From Spirochaetaceae bacterium (GTDB lineage: Bacteria; Spirochaetota; Spirochaetia; DSM-27196; Alkalispirochaetaceae), in assembly GCA_007695175.1 (NCBI GenBank), contig REEH01000143.1:69152-133151 (forward strand): DNA of 64,000 nt. The letters run 5' to 3'. Below the pieces are notes generated by a model, which was given only the letters and a program-made list of their open reading frames with translations, ran no database searches and was not told where the DNA came from. The position numbers and the translations under genes were made by a program. Below, one piece after another: positions 27,446 through 37,230 of the stretch (position 1 is the stretch's first letter; every line of letters starts with the position of its first letter).

Positions 27446-27528
27446 AGGGCGCAATAATACCCCGGAGTTTTTACTCGGCGCAACAAGAGGAGGCGTTGGG
27501 TCCTTTTTCTCTCCTCGTGCCCCCCCTG

Positions 27529-29514
27529 TCAGTCGAAGCAGCCGTGCAGGGTCACGCACTCGTCCGGGAGTGCCATTCGTGCTTCTATCAGTTTCTCCAC
27601 TACCGCCGGGTCCGCCAGAGTGCTCACGTCTCCCAGGGAATCCATCTGCCGTTCGCCGATTTTGCGCAGGATCCTGCGCATGATTTTGCCGGACCGTGTC
27701 TTGGGCAACCCCGGCGCGATCAGGATGTGGTCCGGTGTGGCGATCGGACCGATCCGGTGGCGTACCTCTCCCCGGAGCTCGCCCACAAGTTCCGCGTCGG
27801 GTTCCCAGCCCTCGGCGAGAACAACGTACGCGAAAATCCCCTGTCCCTTGATCTCGTGGGGGAACCCCACCACCGCCGCTTCGGCGCAGGCGGGATGGTT
27901 CACCAGGGCTGACTCCACCTCGGCGGTGCCCATGCGATGCCCGCTTACGTTGATGACGTCGTCCACGCGGCCGGTGATCCAGTAATACCCGTCCTCGTCG
28001 CGGCGGCATCCGTCCCCGGTGAAGTAATAGCCTTTGAACGGAGTGAGGTACGTCTGGAGGAACCGGGGATGATCGTCCTGGATCGTGCGGGCCATGCTCG
28101 GCCAGGGCCGACGGATCGCCAGAAGTCCCGATACGCCGTTGCCGGGAATCTCCCGGCCCTGATCATCCAGAACGACCGGCTCGATACCAAAGAAGGGCAG
28201 CGTAGCCGATCCCGGTTTGGTGGGGGTGACCGCCGGCAAAGGCGTGATCATGATTCCACCCGTTTCGGTCTGCCACCAGGTGTCGACGATGGCGCACCGT
28301 TTCTCTCCCACCACGGTGTAGTACCACTCCCACGTATCGGGATTGATCGGTTCTCCTACCGTTCCGAGCAGCCTGAGGCTGGAGCGGTCGTACCGGGTGA
28401 CCCAGTCGGAGCCCTCCCGGGCGACCGCCCGCAGCGCCGTGGGGGCGGTGTAGAACTGCGTGATTCGGTGTCGCTCCACCATATCCCAGTAGCGCCCCGC
28501 GTCGGGGTAGACCGGGGTCGATTCAAACATCACCGTGGTGGCGCCGTTCGCCAGGGGTCCGTATACCACGTAACTGTGCCCGGTGATCCATCCTACGTCG
28601 GCCACGCATGCGTAGATGTCCCCCTCCTGGTAGTCAAAGACGTACCGGTGGGTGAGGGAGGTGTACAGCAGATACCCCCCGGTGGTGTGAGCTATCCCCT
28701 TGGGTTTGCCCGTGCTGCCCGAGGTGTAGAGCAGAAAGAGGGTATCCTCCGCGTCCATCGGCTCGGCGGGACAGTAGGGCTTCTGGTTCTTCATCATCTC
28801 CTCCAGGTCCACGTCCCGGGGCGGGAAAAAGGGAACGGTGGCACCGGTGCGGCGCGTGATGAAGACGTTTCGCACCGTGGGACAAGCCATCACCGCCTCG
28901 TCTACCGTCCTTTTCAGGGGGATCGTCTTTCCGCCCCGGAGACCCTGGTCCGCCGTTATTACCGCTACCGCCTGCGCATCCTGGATGCGATCCCGCAGCG
29001 CCTCCGCGCTGAAGCCGGCAAAAACGACCGTGTGTACCGCACCGATTCGTGCGCACGCGAGCATTGCATACGCCGCCTCGGGGACCATGGGCAGGTAGAT
29101 CGCCACGCGATCTCCTTTCCGTACACCGTAGCGGAGCAGCACGTTTGCCATGCGGCACACCTCTCTCTGCAGCTCCCGGTACGTAATATGCCGGACCAGC
29201 GCTGGATCATCTCCCTCCCAGAGAATCGCCGTCTGACTGCCCCGGGTTGCTACGTGACGGTCCACGCAGTTGTAGGCAGCGTTGAGACGCCCTCCGAGGA
29301 ACCATGAAATCGTACCATCGGAGAAGTCGTTGTCCATCACCGTGTGAAAGTCTTTTTCCCAGGTGAGGCGGTCGCGGGCCTGGTCCGCCCAGAACGCCTC
29401 CGGATTCTCTACACTCGCCCGGTAGAGTTTCTCGTATGACTCGCGATCGGTAACGTGAGGATCAGTGCCTGGGGGTGCTGAATAGACCGGATCGTAGATG
29501 GGGGAATCGGACAT
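27529..29514 (-). CDS. acs: Acetyl-CoA synthetase (AMP-forming acetate--CoA ligase)
   Basis: 661 aa; canonical Acs N-terminus ([20 protein letters not shown]). AMP-binding [12 protein letters not shown]-terminal [25 protein letters not shown]. Confidence 0.9.
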   Translation of the reverse strand: MSDSPIYDPVYSAPPGTDPHVTDRESYEKLYRASVENPEAFWADQARDRLTWEKDFHTVMDNDFSDGTISWFLGGRLNAAYNCVDRHVATRGSQTAILWEGDDPALVRHITYRELQREVCRMANVLLRYGVRKGDRVAIYLPMVPEAAYAMLACARIGAVHTVVFAGFSAEALRDRIQDAQAVAVITADQGLRGGKTIPLKRTVDEAVMACPTVRNVFITRRTGATVPFFPPRDVDLEEMMKNQKPYCPAEPMDAEDTLFLLYTSGSTGKPKGIAHTTGGYLLYTSLTHRYVFDYQEGDIYACVADVGWITGHSYVVYGPLANGATTVMFESTPVYPDAGRYWDMVERHRITQFYTAPTALRAVAREGSDWVTRYDRSSLRLLGTVGEPINPDTWEWYYTVVGEKRCAIVDTWWQTETGGIMITPLPAVTPTKPGSATLPFFGIEPVVLDDQGREIPGNGVSGLLAIRRPWPSMARTIQDDHPRFLQTYLTPFKGYYFTGDGCRRDEDGYYWITGRVDDVINVSGHRMGTAEVESALVNHPACAEAAVVGFPHEIKGQGIFAYVVLAEGWEPDAELVGELRGEVRHRIGPIATPDHILIAPGLPKTRSGKIMRRILRKIGERQMDSLGDVSTLADPAVVEKLIEARMALPDECVTLHGCFD

Positions 29515-29625
29515 GGTACCTCCTGAAGCAGCGTTGTGGCCGGCACTTCCGGTGGTTCGCTCTGGTGAGATGCGGGGCCGACCCGGTCAGTATGAAGTAG
29601 GTTATAAAAACAGTCAAGAAATGGC

Positions 29626-29657
29626 GTGTGCACACCCTCCGGGAGCACACCCTCCGG
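29626..29657. promoter_or_regulatory. 10-bp palindrome GTGTGCACAC overlapping two direct repeats CACACCCTCCGG (3-bp spacer) in the acs/NMO divergent intergenic region
   Basis: Read directly at 29626-29635 (palindrome), 29631-29642 and 29646-29657 (repeats). Confidence 0.3.
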
Positions 29658-29780
29658 CTCCGCAAATCGGCCGTTGACCGGGAAAGTAAAGGTCTCTATG
29701 ATGAATACAGGTGCTCAGCAGAGAGTGAATCCGTGGCGGTGGAGCGACGGAGCGATGAATTGCGTACCGAAGGAGCTATC

Positions 29781-31268
29781 ATGAATCACCCCCGGATTAT
29801 ACAGGGAGGAATGGGCGCGGGAGTCTCGGACTGGCGGCTGGCCGGGGCGGTGTCCCGACAGGGGGCGATGGGCGTCGTTTCCGGAACGGCCCTGGATACG
29901 ATTCTGGCGCGGCGCCTGCAGCAGGGCGATCCCGGCGGGTATATGCGCCACGGCATCGACGCGTTTCCGGACAAGGCGGTGGCGTCGCGAGTCCTGGACC
30001 GCTATTTCCGCAGCGAGGGGACGCCGGACACGCACCGTTTCAAGCCGACCCCCATGGGTACCCTCGTGGAAACAACCGGTTCGGAAGGCACCCTTTCCGC
30101 TGAACTCCAGGAGCTGCTGGTGCTGGCCAACTTCGTGGAAATATTTCTGGCAAAAGAGGGACACTCCGGTGTAGTGGGCATCAATTACCTGGAGAAGATC
30201 CAGCTCCCGAATCCCGCCTCAATCTACGGGGCGATGCTTGCCGGTGTCGACTACGTACTCATGGGCGCTGGAATACCTCTGGAGATTCCCGGTCTCCTTG
30301 ACCGGTACGCCCGGGGGGAGAGCGGTTCCATAACCCTGACCGTGGCGGATGTCCCCCGGGAGGAGTCGATAAAACTTGTGTTTGACCCCGCCACTGTTCT
30401 GGCCTCGCCACCAGCGGTGTTGAAACGTCCCGCCTTTCTGGCGATTGTATCGTCCAACGTCCTGGCGAAGACGATGGTTACCCGGGCAAGCGGAACGGTG
30501 GACGGTATCATCGTGGAGGACCACACCGCCGGCGGGCACAACGCACCACCCCGGGGCACTCTTGTCCTCTCGGAGGAGGGGGAGCCCCTTTTCGGAACCA
30601 AGGACGAGGTGGACGCGGCCCGAATGTCGGAGCTCAATATACCCTTCTGGCTGGCCGGTTCAAGAAGTGACGCCGGGGCGGTGGAGATCTCCCGTCGTAC
30701 GGGAGCTCAGGGAGTACAAGTGGGAACGCTCTTTGCGTTCTGTCGGGAATCGGCGTTTCTCCCGGAACTGAAGAGACGGTTTCTCCATCTCGTGGAGGCG
30801 GGCAGGATGCGCATCTTTACACACCCGGAAGCCTCTCCCACGGGGTACCCGATAAAAATCGCCCGCCTGGAAGGCACTGTCGGGGACGACGAGGAGTTTG
30901 CCCGGCGCCCCCGGGTGTGCAACGTGGGACTGTTGCGACACATCTACCGCAAAGGTGAAAACGTGGGCGAGAAGAACGGGACCGCCTCCGTGCGCCTGGG
31001 GTACCGCTGTCCCGCGGAACCGATCGAAGCCTACGTGCGCAAGGGTGGGGCGGAAGCAGAAGCGCTCAACGCGCGCTGTCTGTGTAACAGTCTTCTTGCC
31101 GCGGTGGGACTCGCCATGGAATACGCCGGGGGATATCTGGAGAAGCCCCTCCTCGTACCGGGGGAGTACCTGGAATCGCTGCGGGAACTGATCAGGAAGG
31201 TCGGCCTTGATTACACCGCGGCGGACGTAATCCGCTTCCTCGGGGTTGCGGAGACGGATCCGGCGTAG
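29781..31268 (+). CDS. NMO-family FMN oxidoreductase (nitronate monooxygenase / 2-nitropropane dioxygenase-like), long form
   Basis: AGGAG RBS then ATG 29781. MNHPRIIQGGMGAGVS (NMO N-terminal motif) with a ~150-aa C-terminal extension. The ORF portion upstream of 29781 lacks an RBS. Confidence 0.7.
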   Translation: MNHPRIIQGGMGAGVSDWRLAGAVSRQGAMGVVSGTALDTILARRLQQGDPGGYMRHGIDAFPDKAVASRVLDRYFRSEGTPDTHRFKPTPMGTLVETTGSEGTLSAELQELLVLANFVEIFLAKEGHSGVVGINYLEKIQLPNPASIYGAMLAGVDYVLMGAGIPLEIPGLLDRYARGESGSITLTVADVPREESIKLVFDPATVLASPPAVLKRPAFLAIVSSNVLAKTMVTRASGTVDGIIVEDHTAGGHNAPPRGTLVLSEEGEPLFGTKDEVDAARMSELNIPFWLAGSRSDAGAVEISRRTGAQGVQVGTLFAFCRESAFLPELKRRFLHLVEAGRMRIFTHPEASPTGYPIKIARLEGTVGDDEEFARRPRVCNVGLLRHIYRKGENVGEKNGTASVRLGYRCPAEPIEAYVRKGGAEAEALNARCLCNSLLAAVGLAMEYAGGYLEKPLLVPGEYLESLRELIRKVGLDYTAADVIRFLGVAETDPA

Positions 31269-31295
31269 GAACCGGACCCGTCGATAGCTAACAGA

Positions 31296-31778
31296 TCAGG
31301 GAAGAACCTCTTCCGCCACCTCATTGGCCAGATCGTCAATCTTGTCATGGGAGTCCATATCCTTCAGACGCAACGCCCGGGAGACCACTTTATCGGCCTT
31401 GCGTACTTTCAGGGTATGGTTGATCTTTCGCATGAGCTGCTCGTAAATGCCGTATCCCACCACCAGGTTGACGATGGATTTTCCCTCAAGGTTGTCCAGC
31501 GCATTCAAAAAGGCACGTACCGCTGGGCAGAGCGAGCTGGCCCAGACGGGTCCGACGATCACCAGTATCTCCGCATCCTCCACGGGCGGTAGAGCGGCGA
31601 GTTTTGAGGGCCGTCGGAGGACGGACATGAGAACACCGGTCAGCGCTGAAAGAGGAACCACCGTTTTCAGTCCATGAATCTCGGCGGTATGCCCGCGCCT
31701 GGTGAAAGCATCTCGTACACCCTTGGCGAGTTGCTCATTCCTGCCGGTGATACTGTAGTACACAACCAGAGTTTTCAT
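31296..31778 (-). CDS. Flavodoxin-family protein, copy 1
   Basis: MKTLVVYYSITGRNEQLAKGV... (flavodoxin-like FMN-binding loop T/SGN); GGGAGAAG RBS. Confidence 0.6.
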   Translation of the reverse strand: MKTLVVYYSITGRNEQLAKGVRDAFTRRGHTAEIHGLKTVVPLSALTGVLMSVLRRPSKLAALPPVEDAEILVIVGPVWASSLCPAVRAFLNALDNLEGKSIVNLVVGYGIYEQLMRKINHTLKVRKADKVVSRALRLKDMDSHDKIDDLANEVAEEVLP

Positions 31779-31799
31779 TCTTCTTCTTCTCCCTGTCCG

Positions 31800-31989
31800 T
31801 TCTGTGTTCGTCAGCGGGCCGGTACCGGATCATCCGTATCTGAACAAACATGGAAAACACCATCGGACCGCGTACGCCGATCACCGCATCGAAGACAGTA
31901 GATCCAGGTTCGCCACCGACACCGCCCGTACAGGAGGGATTGTACATGATAATCAGCTCACGGAGAACGCCGGCAAGAAACTTTTTCAA
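31800..31989 (-). pseudogene. Degenerate remnant of the C-terminus of a membrane-protein paralog (compare 32645..33658)
   Basis: LIIMYNPSCTGGVGGEPGSTVFDAVIGVRGPMVF aligns with LIIMYTSPFMGGAGGKLGTTAFGAVIGIRGLIVI, the C-terminus of the 337-aa membrane protein. No complete gene present. Confidence 0.3.
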
Positions 31990-32033
31990 GCTGTTTCAGA
32001 GCTGTGCTACGAGGTGAGTTGCGAAAAAAAAAC

Positions 32034-32063
32034 GCGGCGTCCGGGACGCCGCGCTGAAAAACC
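32034..32063 (-). terminator. Intrinsic terminator: 9-bp GC stem (CGCGGCGTC/GACGCCGCG, loop CGG) followed by U9 in the minus sense
   Basis: Read directly: A9 at 32034-32042, then the perfect hairpin 32043-32063. Lies ~50 nt downstream of flavodoxin copy 2's stop. Confidence 0.65.
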
Positions 32064-32112
32064 GGTATCGTCTCCGGTATCATGAGAGGGTCGAACGAGG
32101 AAGCGACGCCGA

Positions 32113-32598
32113 TCAGGCAAGGATCCTCTTCACCATCCCTTCCGCGTACTCGCTCATCTTCTCCGGGTTGTCGACGTCCCGCAGCCGCAGAGCGTCGGAA
32201 ACGATCAGACCGGAATTGTGCGTTTTGATCTTATGGTTGATATCCCGGACGACGTTCTCGTGCGGATTGAAGCCCGCCACGATATTGAGCACCTTGCGTC
32301 CGCCCAGGTCGGGTAGCGTTCCCAGAAACGCGCGGATCGCGGGACACATCGCGCTTGCCCAGACGGGTCCCACCAGTACGAGCAGATCCCCATCCTTGAT
32401 GACCGGGGGGTCGACGAGCCGTGCCGGCATCTTGAAGACGGACATGAGGACGGTCGGGATTACCGATGCGTTCGGATGGGTTGTTTTCAGCTGGTTCAGT
32501 TCCGCCGCATGGCCCTTGTCTTCCAGTGCACGCGCTATCGCCCGGGCTAACCGTCCGTTATTGCCGGTGCGCGAAAAATAGACAACATTTGTTTTCAC
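32113..32598 (-). CDS. Flavodoxin-family protein, copy 2
   Basis: MKTNVVYFSRTGNNGRLARAIA...; paralog (~45% identity by eye) of 31296..31778. GTG start after AGGAGAAG. Confidence 0.6.
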   Translation of the reverse strand: MKTNVVYFSRTGNNGRLARAIARALEDKGHAAELNQLKTTHPNASVIPTVLMSVFKMPARLVDPPVIKDGDLLVLVGPVWASAMCPAIRAFLGTLPDLGGRKVLNIVAGFNPHENVVRDINHKIKTHNSGLIVSDALRLRDVDNPEKMSEYAEGMVKRILA

Positions 32599-32644
32599 GA
32601 TTCTTCTCCTGCGTAAAGATGGACTCTGTTAACGGAGCCGGTAC

Positions 32645-33658
32645 TCAGCTCTCCGGGACCGCATCGTCCGGATCCCGTAGTCCCAGAAGTCGTTGAACAC
32701 GCGCGCCGATTACGATCAGCCCGCGGATACCGATCACCGCGCCGAACGCGGTTGTTCCTAACTTGCCACCGGCACCACCCATAAAGGGAGAAGTATACAT
32801 GATGATAAGCGCGCATAGAAGTCCCGCGAGAACCATCCAGTACGCCTTCTCAAAGCGGTTGGTACCGCTCATACCGGCGTAGGTCGCAGAGGTGACACCA
32901 ATCGCCAGCAGTGCTCCCGATTCAACGCCGTGGAGCGAGGGTAATAACACACCCGCCGCGAGCGCGACGATCGCCGACGCAAGTACCGGACCTTGACCGA
33001 ACCAGACGCTGATGACGAACGTGAGTACCGCACCGAAGATGCAGTACATCACCAGGAGCCGGCCCACATCCCATCCTGGTACGGGACTGCTCAACAATGG
33101 ACTGCCTGTGATCAACGCCGCGAAGACAGCCCCGGCAAAGGCTATTGTCCCGAGTTTTCCGCCAAAGCCGTTGAAGACGTGTTTCCCCAGGACAAATACC
33201 ACACCGGCGATTACACCGGCAAGCATGAGGCCCGGCCAGTCAAGCAACGCCGATGAAGACATACCGACAAAGGCGCCGCAGTACGCCGGTACGGCATACG
33301 GTTTGACCAGTACAGCGGCGAATACGCCCACCAGTCCGGACGCGATAACCGCACCGTGGCCAAGATCAATGCTGATCCAATAGGTAACTGTCGCACCGAG
33401 AAAAACCGACGATACGATCAGGATATCCGTCGGTAAATCCCAGCGCTGTTCCACTGAGTCGGCCGCGTAGGCAAACTTCCACTCGCGGACCCCCTCGTAG
33501 GTAAGCCCGAGGACCCAGATCGCCAGAATGGCGGTAACCACGATCGAAAGACTGCTTGCCTGGTACAAGCCTGTTCCGTACACAGCGTAGGTAAACGCCG
33601 CGAGAATCAGAAATCCAACGATCGATGCAATCCTCCGATGAGATGCTAGATGTTTCAT
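32645..33658 (-). CDS. Hypothetical polytopic membrane protein (Gly-rich, ~10 TM)
   Basis: 337 aa; hydrophobic segments throughout; no motif I can assign to a named family. Confidence 0.5.
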   Translation of the reverse strand: MKHLASHRRIASIVGFLILAAFTYAVYGTGLYQASSLSIVVTAILAIWVLGLTYEGVREWKFAYAADSVEQRWDLPTDILIVSSVFLGATVTYWISIDLGHGAVIASGLVGVFAAVLVKPYAVPAYCGAFVGMSSSALLDWPGLMLAGVIAGVVFVLGKHVFNGFGGKLGTIAFAGAVFAALITGSPLLSSPVPGWDVGRLLVMYCIFGAVLTFVISVWFGQGPVLASAIVALAAGVLLPSLHGVESGALLAIGVTSATYAGMSGTNRFEKAYWMVLAGLLCALIIMYTSPFMGGAGGKLGTTAFGAVIGIRGLIVIGARVQRLLGLRDPDDAVPES

Positions 33659-33710
33659 TTCTTCTAATACTCCTCTTCATACGTATTTCCCGGTCCTCTC
33701 AACCCGACGA

Positions 33711-34319
33711 TCAATCGTTCCCGCGGATCGCGGATTCCCAGTCCGAAAGCAGCTCCCGCGCCAGGCGGCGCGACCCGACATCGGTGATGTCTCCCAGAAC
33801 GTCGCACAGTTCCCGACGTGATACCCGGAACATCCGCCGGGGATCGGGCGGTTCCCCCGCGTTCCATCGACGATCGACCCGGAGGTCGTAATCGGCTTCA
33901 AAGCACATCAGGTCCACCAGGAGATCGGGAAGCTCTCCCAGGGGCGGCGTATCGACGTGCGCCATATTCAGTTGGAACTGAAGGACAGTCCCATGCCCCG
34001 GTTCCGATTCCAGTTGATAGCCTCCACCGGTCTGCTCGACCGTCTGGAGCAGAAACGGAATTCCCAGGCCAACCCGCCGGCCGGGATGCTTGCCCGGTTC
34101 CGTGTAAAACGGGTCCAGGGCGGCGACACGCACCGCCTCATCCATTCCTCGCCCGTTATCCCGGATCATGATATCGAGCACCACGTCGCGCTCATCGATC
34201 ACGAACTCCACGACGCTCGCGCCGGCTTCCACGCTGTTCTGGACGAGGTCCAGAACCATATCTCCTATCGACCAGTGCATCGCGCTGTTGTGCCTCGAAC
34301 GAAAAACCCCGGAGAGCAT
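33711..34319 (-). CDS. GHKL/HATPase_c-like ATP-binding protein, co-oriented directly downstream of fdhA
   Basis: DLVQNSVEAGA (N-box), DNGRGMD (G1), GLGIPF (G2-like); ~90-aa C-terminal region of unknown nature. Confidence 0.5.
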   Translation of the reverse strand: MLSGVFRSRHNSAMHWSIGDMVLDLVQNSVEAGASVVEFVIDERDVVLDIMIRDNGRGMDEAVRVAALDPFYTEPGKHPGRRVGLGIPFLLQTVEQTGGGYQLESEPGHGTVLQFQLNMAHVDTPPLGELPDLLVDLMCFEADYDLRVDRRWNAGEPPDPRRMFRVSRRELCDVLGDITDVGSRRLARELLSDWESAIRGND

Positions 34320-34350
34320 TCTCTCCGGGGTATCCGCACAGTTGGCTTTC

Positions 34351-37230
34351 TCAACTCGCGACGGCGACTTTCTTCTTCGCCGCCGGGTTGGTCACCTTGA
34401 CGGCGCACACCTTCAGTTCCGGAATCTTGGCGGTCGGGTCCAGGTTCTCGTCCTGCGTGAGCAGGTTTGCCGCCGCTTCCCGGAAGTGGAAGGGGATGAA
34501 CACCATTCCCCGCTGAACGGTTGTGCCCACCCGTGCCGCCGCGCGGATCGAACCGCGCCGGCTCTCCACGACGACCGGTTTGCCGTCGGCGATGCCCATT
34601 TCCGCTGCGTCGTCCTCGTGGATCTCCACGTACGCTTTTGGCTGCTTCCAGTGCAGGACTTCCGTCCTCCGGCTCATCGTACCGGTGTGGTAGTGGTAGA
34701 GCATGCGCCCCGTTCCCAGGTAGAAGGGGTACTCCTCGTCGGGCATTTCCGCGGGACCCTTGGGCGTGACTGGGGTGAAGGCACCCTTGCCGCGCTTGAA
34801 CTGGCCCACGTGCAGGATCGGCGTACCCGGGTGGTTTTTATCCGGGCAGGGCCAGTTGAGTCCGTCACCGGGCAGACGCTCGTGGACGATACCGCCGTAG
34901 ATCGGCGATACCAGGGAGATTTCCTCCGCCACGTCGGCGGAGTCCCTGAAGTCCCAGCGGGTGTCGGTGTGACCCAGGATTTTTGCTACCCGCTTTCCGA
35001 TCTCGCTCACGATCCGCCAGTCCTCGCGGGCTTCGCCGGGAGCGGCAACGACCTGTCTGGAGAGCTGAACGCGTCGTTCCGTATTGGTGAAGGTTCCAAC
35101 CTTTTCCAGGGCCGCCCTGGCCGGAAGCACCACATGGGCCAGCTGGGCAGTTTCGGTGAGGAAGATATCCGCCACCACCAGGAAGGGGAGCGTCCGCAGG
35201 GAATGCTCCACGTGGGTGATGTTGGGGTCCGAGATCATGGGATTCTCACCCATGATGAACATCGCCTTGATATCGCCCGATTCAGCGGCACGCATCATCT
35301 CGACGATCGTCAGGCCCGGTTTGTTGGGGATCGTTGCGCCTCCCCACTTCTTCTCCACCGTCGTCCGCAGAGCATCGTCCGTTACCGCCTGGTACCCGGG
35401 AAGCACGTTTGGAAGCGCGCCCAGGTCACACGCGCCCTGGACATTGCCCTGACCGCGCAGAGGGTTCACACCGGAAGATTCCTTACCGATCATTCCGCAC
35501 ATCATCGCCAGGTTGGCCAGGGTGAGGACCAGTTCCGTCCCGTTGCTGCGCTGGGTTATTCCCATGGAGTAGAGGATCGTGGAACGACCGCGGCCCTCAC
35601 CGTATTTCGATACGCCCTCCTGCCTGATGCCGCCGGCATAGATCCGGGCGGCCCGGCGGATGTCCTCGGCGTCCACGCCGGCCACGCGAGCCGCTTCCTC
35701 GACGGTAACGTCCTCCAGACCGGAGGCAAAGAGTTCGAAGCCCTCGGTGCGCGTCTTGATAAATTCCTCGTCCGCCAGTTTCTCGTCCCGTATAACGCGC
35801 ATCATGCCCTGGAAGACCCATATGTCCGTACCGGACTTTGCCTGCAGGTGAATCGTCGCCTTTCGGGCGAGCGGTATGCGGCGGGGATCCACGACGATGA
35901 GGCTGGCGCCCTTCCTGAGCGCCCGCGTTACCTCGTACCCGATGACCGGGTGCGCCTCGGAGGTGTTGCTGCCCGTGATGAAGATACAGTCCGCGTGCCG
36001 CACCTCGCCGATGCTGTTGGTCATGGCGCCGCTGCCGAAGGCCTTCGCCAGGCCCGCTACCGTGCTGGCGTGGCAGAGTCGGGCGCAGTGGTCAACGTTG
36101 TTGGTACCGAACTCGGAGCGCATCAGTTTCTGGAACGTGTAGTTGTCCTCGTTGCTGCACCGTGCCGAGGCGAGACCGCCCACTGAATCGGGGCCGTTTT
36201 CCTTGACCGTTTTTGCGAGTCGATCCGCCACCACGTCCAGTGCCTGGTCCCAGCTCACGGGAACGAAGTTGTCCCGTGCGTCCTTGACCTTCAGGGGGCT
36301 GTCGCCGGGGAGCTCCCACGCTTCCCTGGTAATACCCAGCTCAAAGGCGAGATCCTTGCGGATCAGGGGCATGTCCAGGCGATCGGGCTTGGCGATGTAG
36401 TCCCAGCCATATCGTCCCTTGGTGCAGAGGAAAACCCCGTTTGCCGGGGCTTCCGGGAAACCGTTGACGGAGACGATCTCGGTCTTGCTCTTTCCCTGCG
36501 CGTCCAGGACCTGCCGGGTGCGGTATTCCATCTGACAGCCCACACCACAGTAGGTGCAGACGCTCCGGACCTTACCCAGCTCCCACTCCCGGCCCTTGCG
36601 GAGCCGGGATTTCGTCATGAGCGCCGCCGTGGGGCAGACTTCCACACAGCTCCCGCAGAAGACACAGGGTGACTCCTCCATGGGCCGGTCGAAAGCGGTG
36701 GCGATATGCGATTCAAAGCCGCGGTCCGCGTACTCCAGTGCATCCGCACCGACCACCTCGCTGCAGGCGCGTACACAGCGGCCGCAGAGGATGCAGTACT
36801 TGTGATCCCGCAGGAATGCCGGGTTGTCATCCTGGAAGAGCGTCCGACCCAGCTCAAAGTGCATGCTCGTCTCTTTCAGGTCGTACCGGTAGGCCAGTTC
36901 CTGGAGCTCGCACGCACCGGCCTTGTCACATGTGACGCAGTCCAGGGGATGGTCGGAGATAAACCCGTCCAGGGTTATCTTGCGGTGATTCTCGATCTCC
37001 TCGGTGACGGTAACCACTTCCATTCCGTCCCGGGCTTCCAGCGTACAGGAAGTCTGCATGCCCTGTATGCCGGAGACCTCCACCATGCAGAGGCGACAGC
37101 CTCCCGAGGGTGTGAGCTCCGGATGGGCGCACAGGCGCGGGATATCGATTCCCGCTTCGAGAGCGGCGTCCAGAATCGTATTGCCCTGAGCCGTCTCGAG
37201 CTCACGACCGTCTATCTTCAGGCGTACCAT
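34351..37230 (-). CDS. fdhA: Formate dehydrogenase alpha subunit, NAD-linked FdsA/NuoG-like type (2Fe-2S + 4Fe-4S + molybdopterin domains); Cys, not Sec
   Basis: 959 aa. N-terminal CAHPELTPSGGCRLCMVEV (2Fe-2S), Cx2Cx2Cx3CP ferredoxin motifs, CTYCGVGC. Mo-ligand region VDHCARLCH has Cys. AGGAGG RBS; TAATG overlap with the upstream gene. Confidence 0.85.
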   Translation of the reverse strand: MVRLKIDGRELETAQGNTILDAALEAGIDIPRLCAHPELTPSGGCRLCMVEVSGIQGMQTSCTLEARDGMEVVTVTEEIENHRKITLDGFISDHPLDCVTCDKAGACELQELAYRYDLKETSMHFELGRTLFQDDNPAFLRDHKYCILCGRCVRACSEVVGADALEYADRGFESHIATAFDRPMEESPCVFCGSCVEVCPTAALMTKSRLRKGREWELGKVRSVCTYCGVGCQMEYRTRQVLDAQGKSKTEIVSVNGFPEAPANGVFLCTKGRYGWDYIAKPDRLDMPLIRKDLAFELGITREAWELPGDSPLKVKDARDNFVPVSWDQALDVVADRLAKTVKENGPDSVGGLASARCSNEDNYTFQKLMRSEFGTNNVDHCARLCHASTVAGLAKAFGSGAMTNSIGEVRHADCIFITGSNTSEAHPVIGYEVTRALRKGASLIVVDPRRIPLARKATIHLQAKSGTDIWVFQGMMRVIRDEKLADEEFIKTRTEGFELFASGLEDVTVEEAARVAGVDAEDIRRAARIYAGGIRQEGVSKYGEGRGRSTILYSMGITQRSNGTELVLTLANLAMMCGMIGKESSGVNPLRGQGNVQGACDLGALPNVLPGYQAVTDDALRTTVEKKWGGATIPNKPGLTIVEMMRAAESGDIKAMFIMGENPMISDPNITHVEHSLRTLPFLVVADIFLTETAQLAHVVLPARAALEKVGTFTNTERRVQLSRQVVAAPGEAREDWRIVSEIGKRVAKILGHTDTRWDFRDSADVAEEISLVSPIYGGIVHERLPGDGLNWPCPDKNHPGTPILHVGQFKRGKGAFTPVTPKGPAEMPDEEYPFYLGTGRMLYHYHTGTMSRRTEVLHWKQPKAYVEIHEDDAAEMGIADGKPVVVESRRGSIRAAARVGTTVQRGMVFIPFHFREAAANLLTQDENLDPTAKIPELKVCAVKVTNPAAKKKVAVAS

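Noticed and set aside
34351-37230. Possible selenocysteine (in-frame UGA) in the formate dehydrogenase alpha subunit.
   Set aside because: The reading frame is uninterrupted and the Mo-ligand position reads VDHCARLCH with Cys, so this is a Cys-type FDH. No SECIS-like context is needed.
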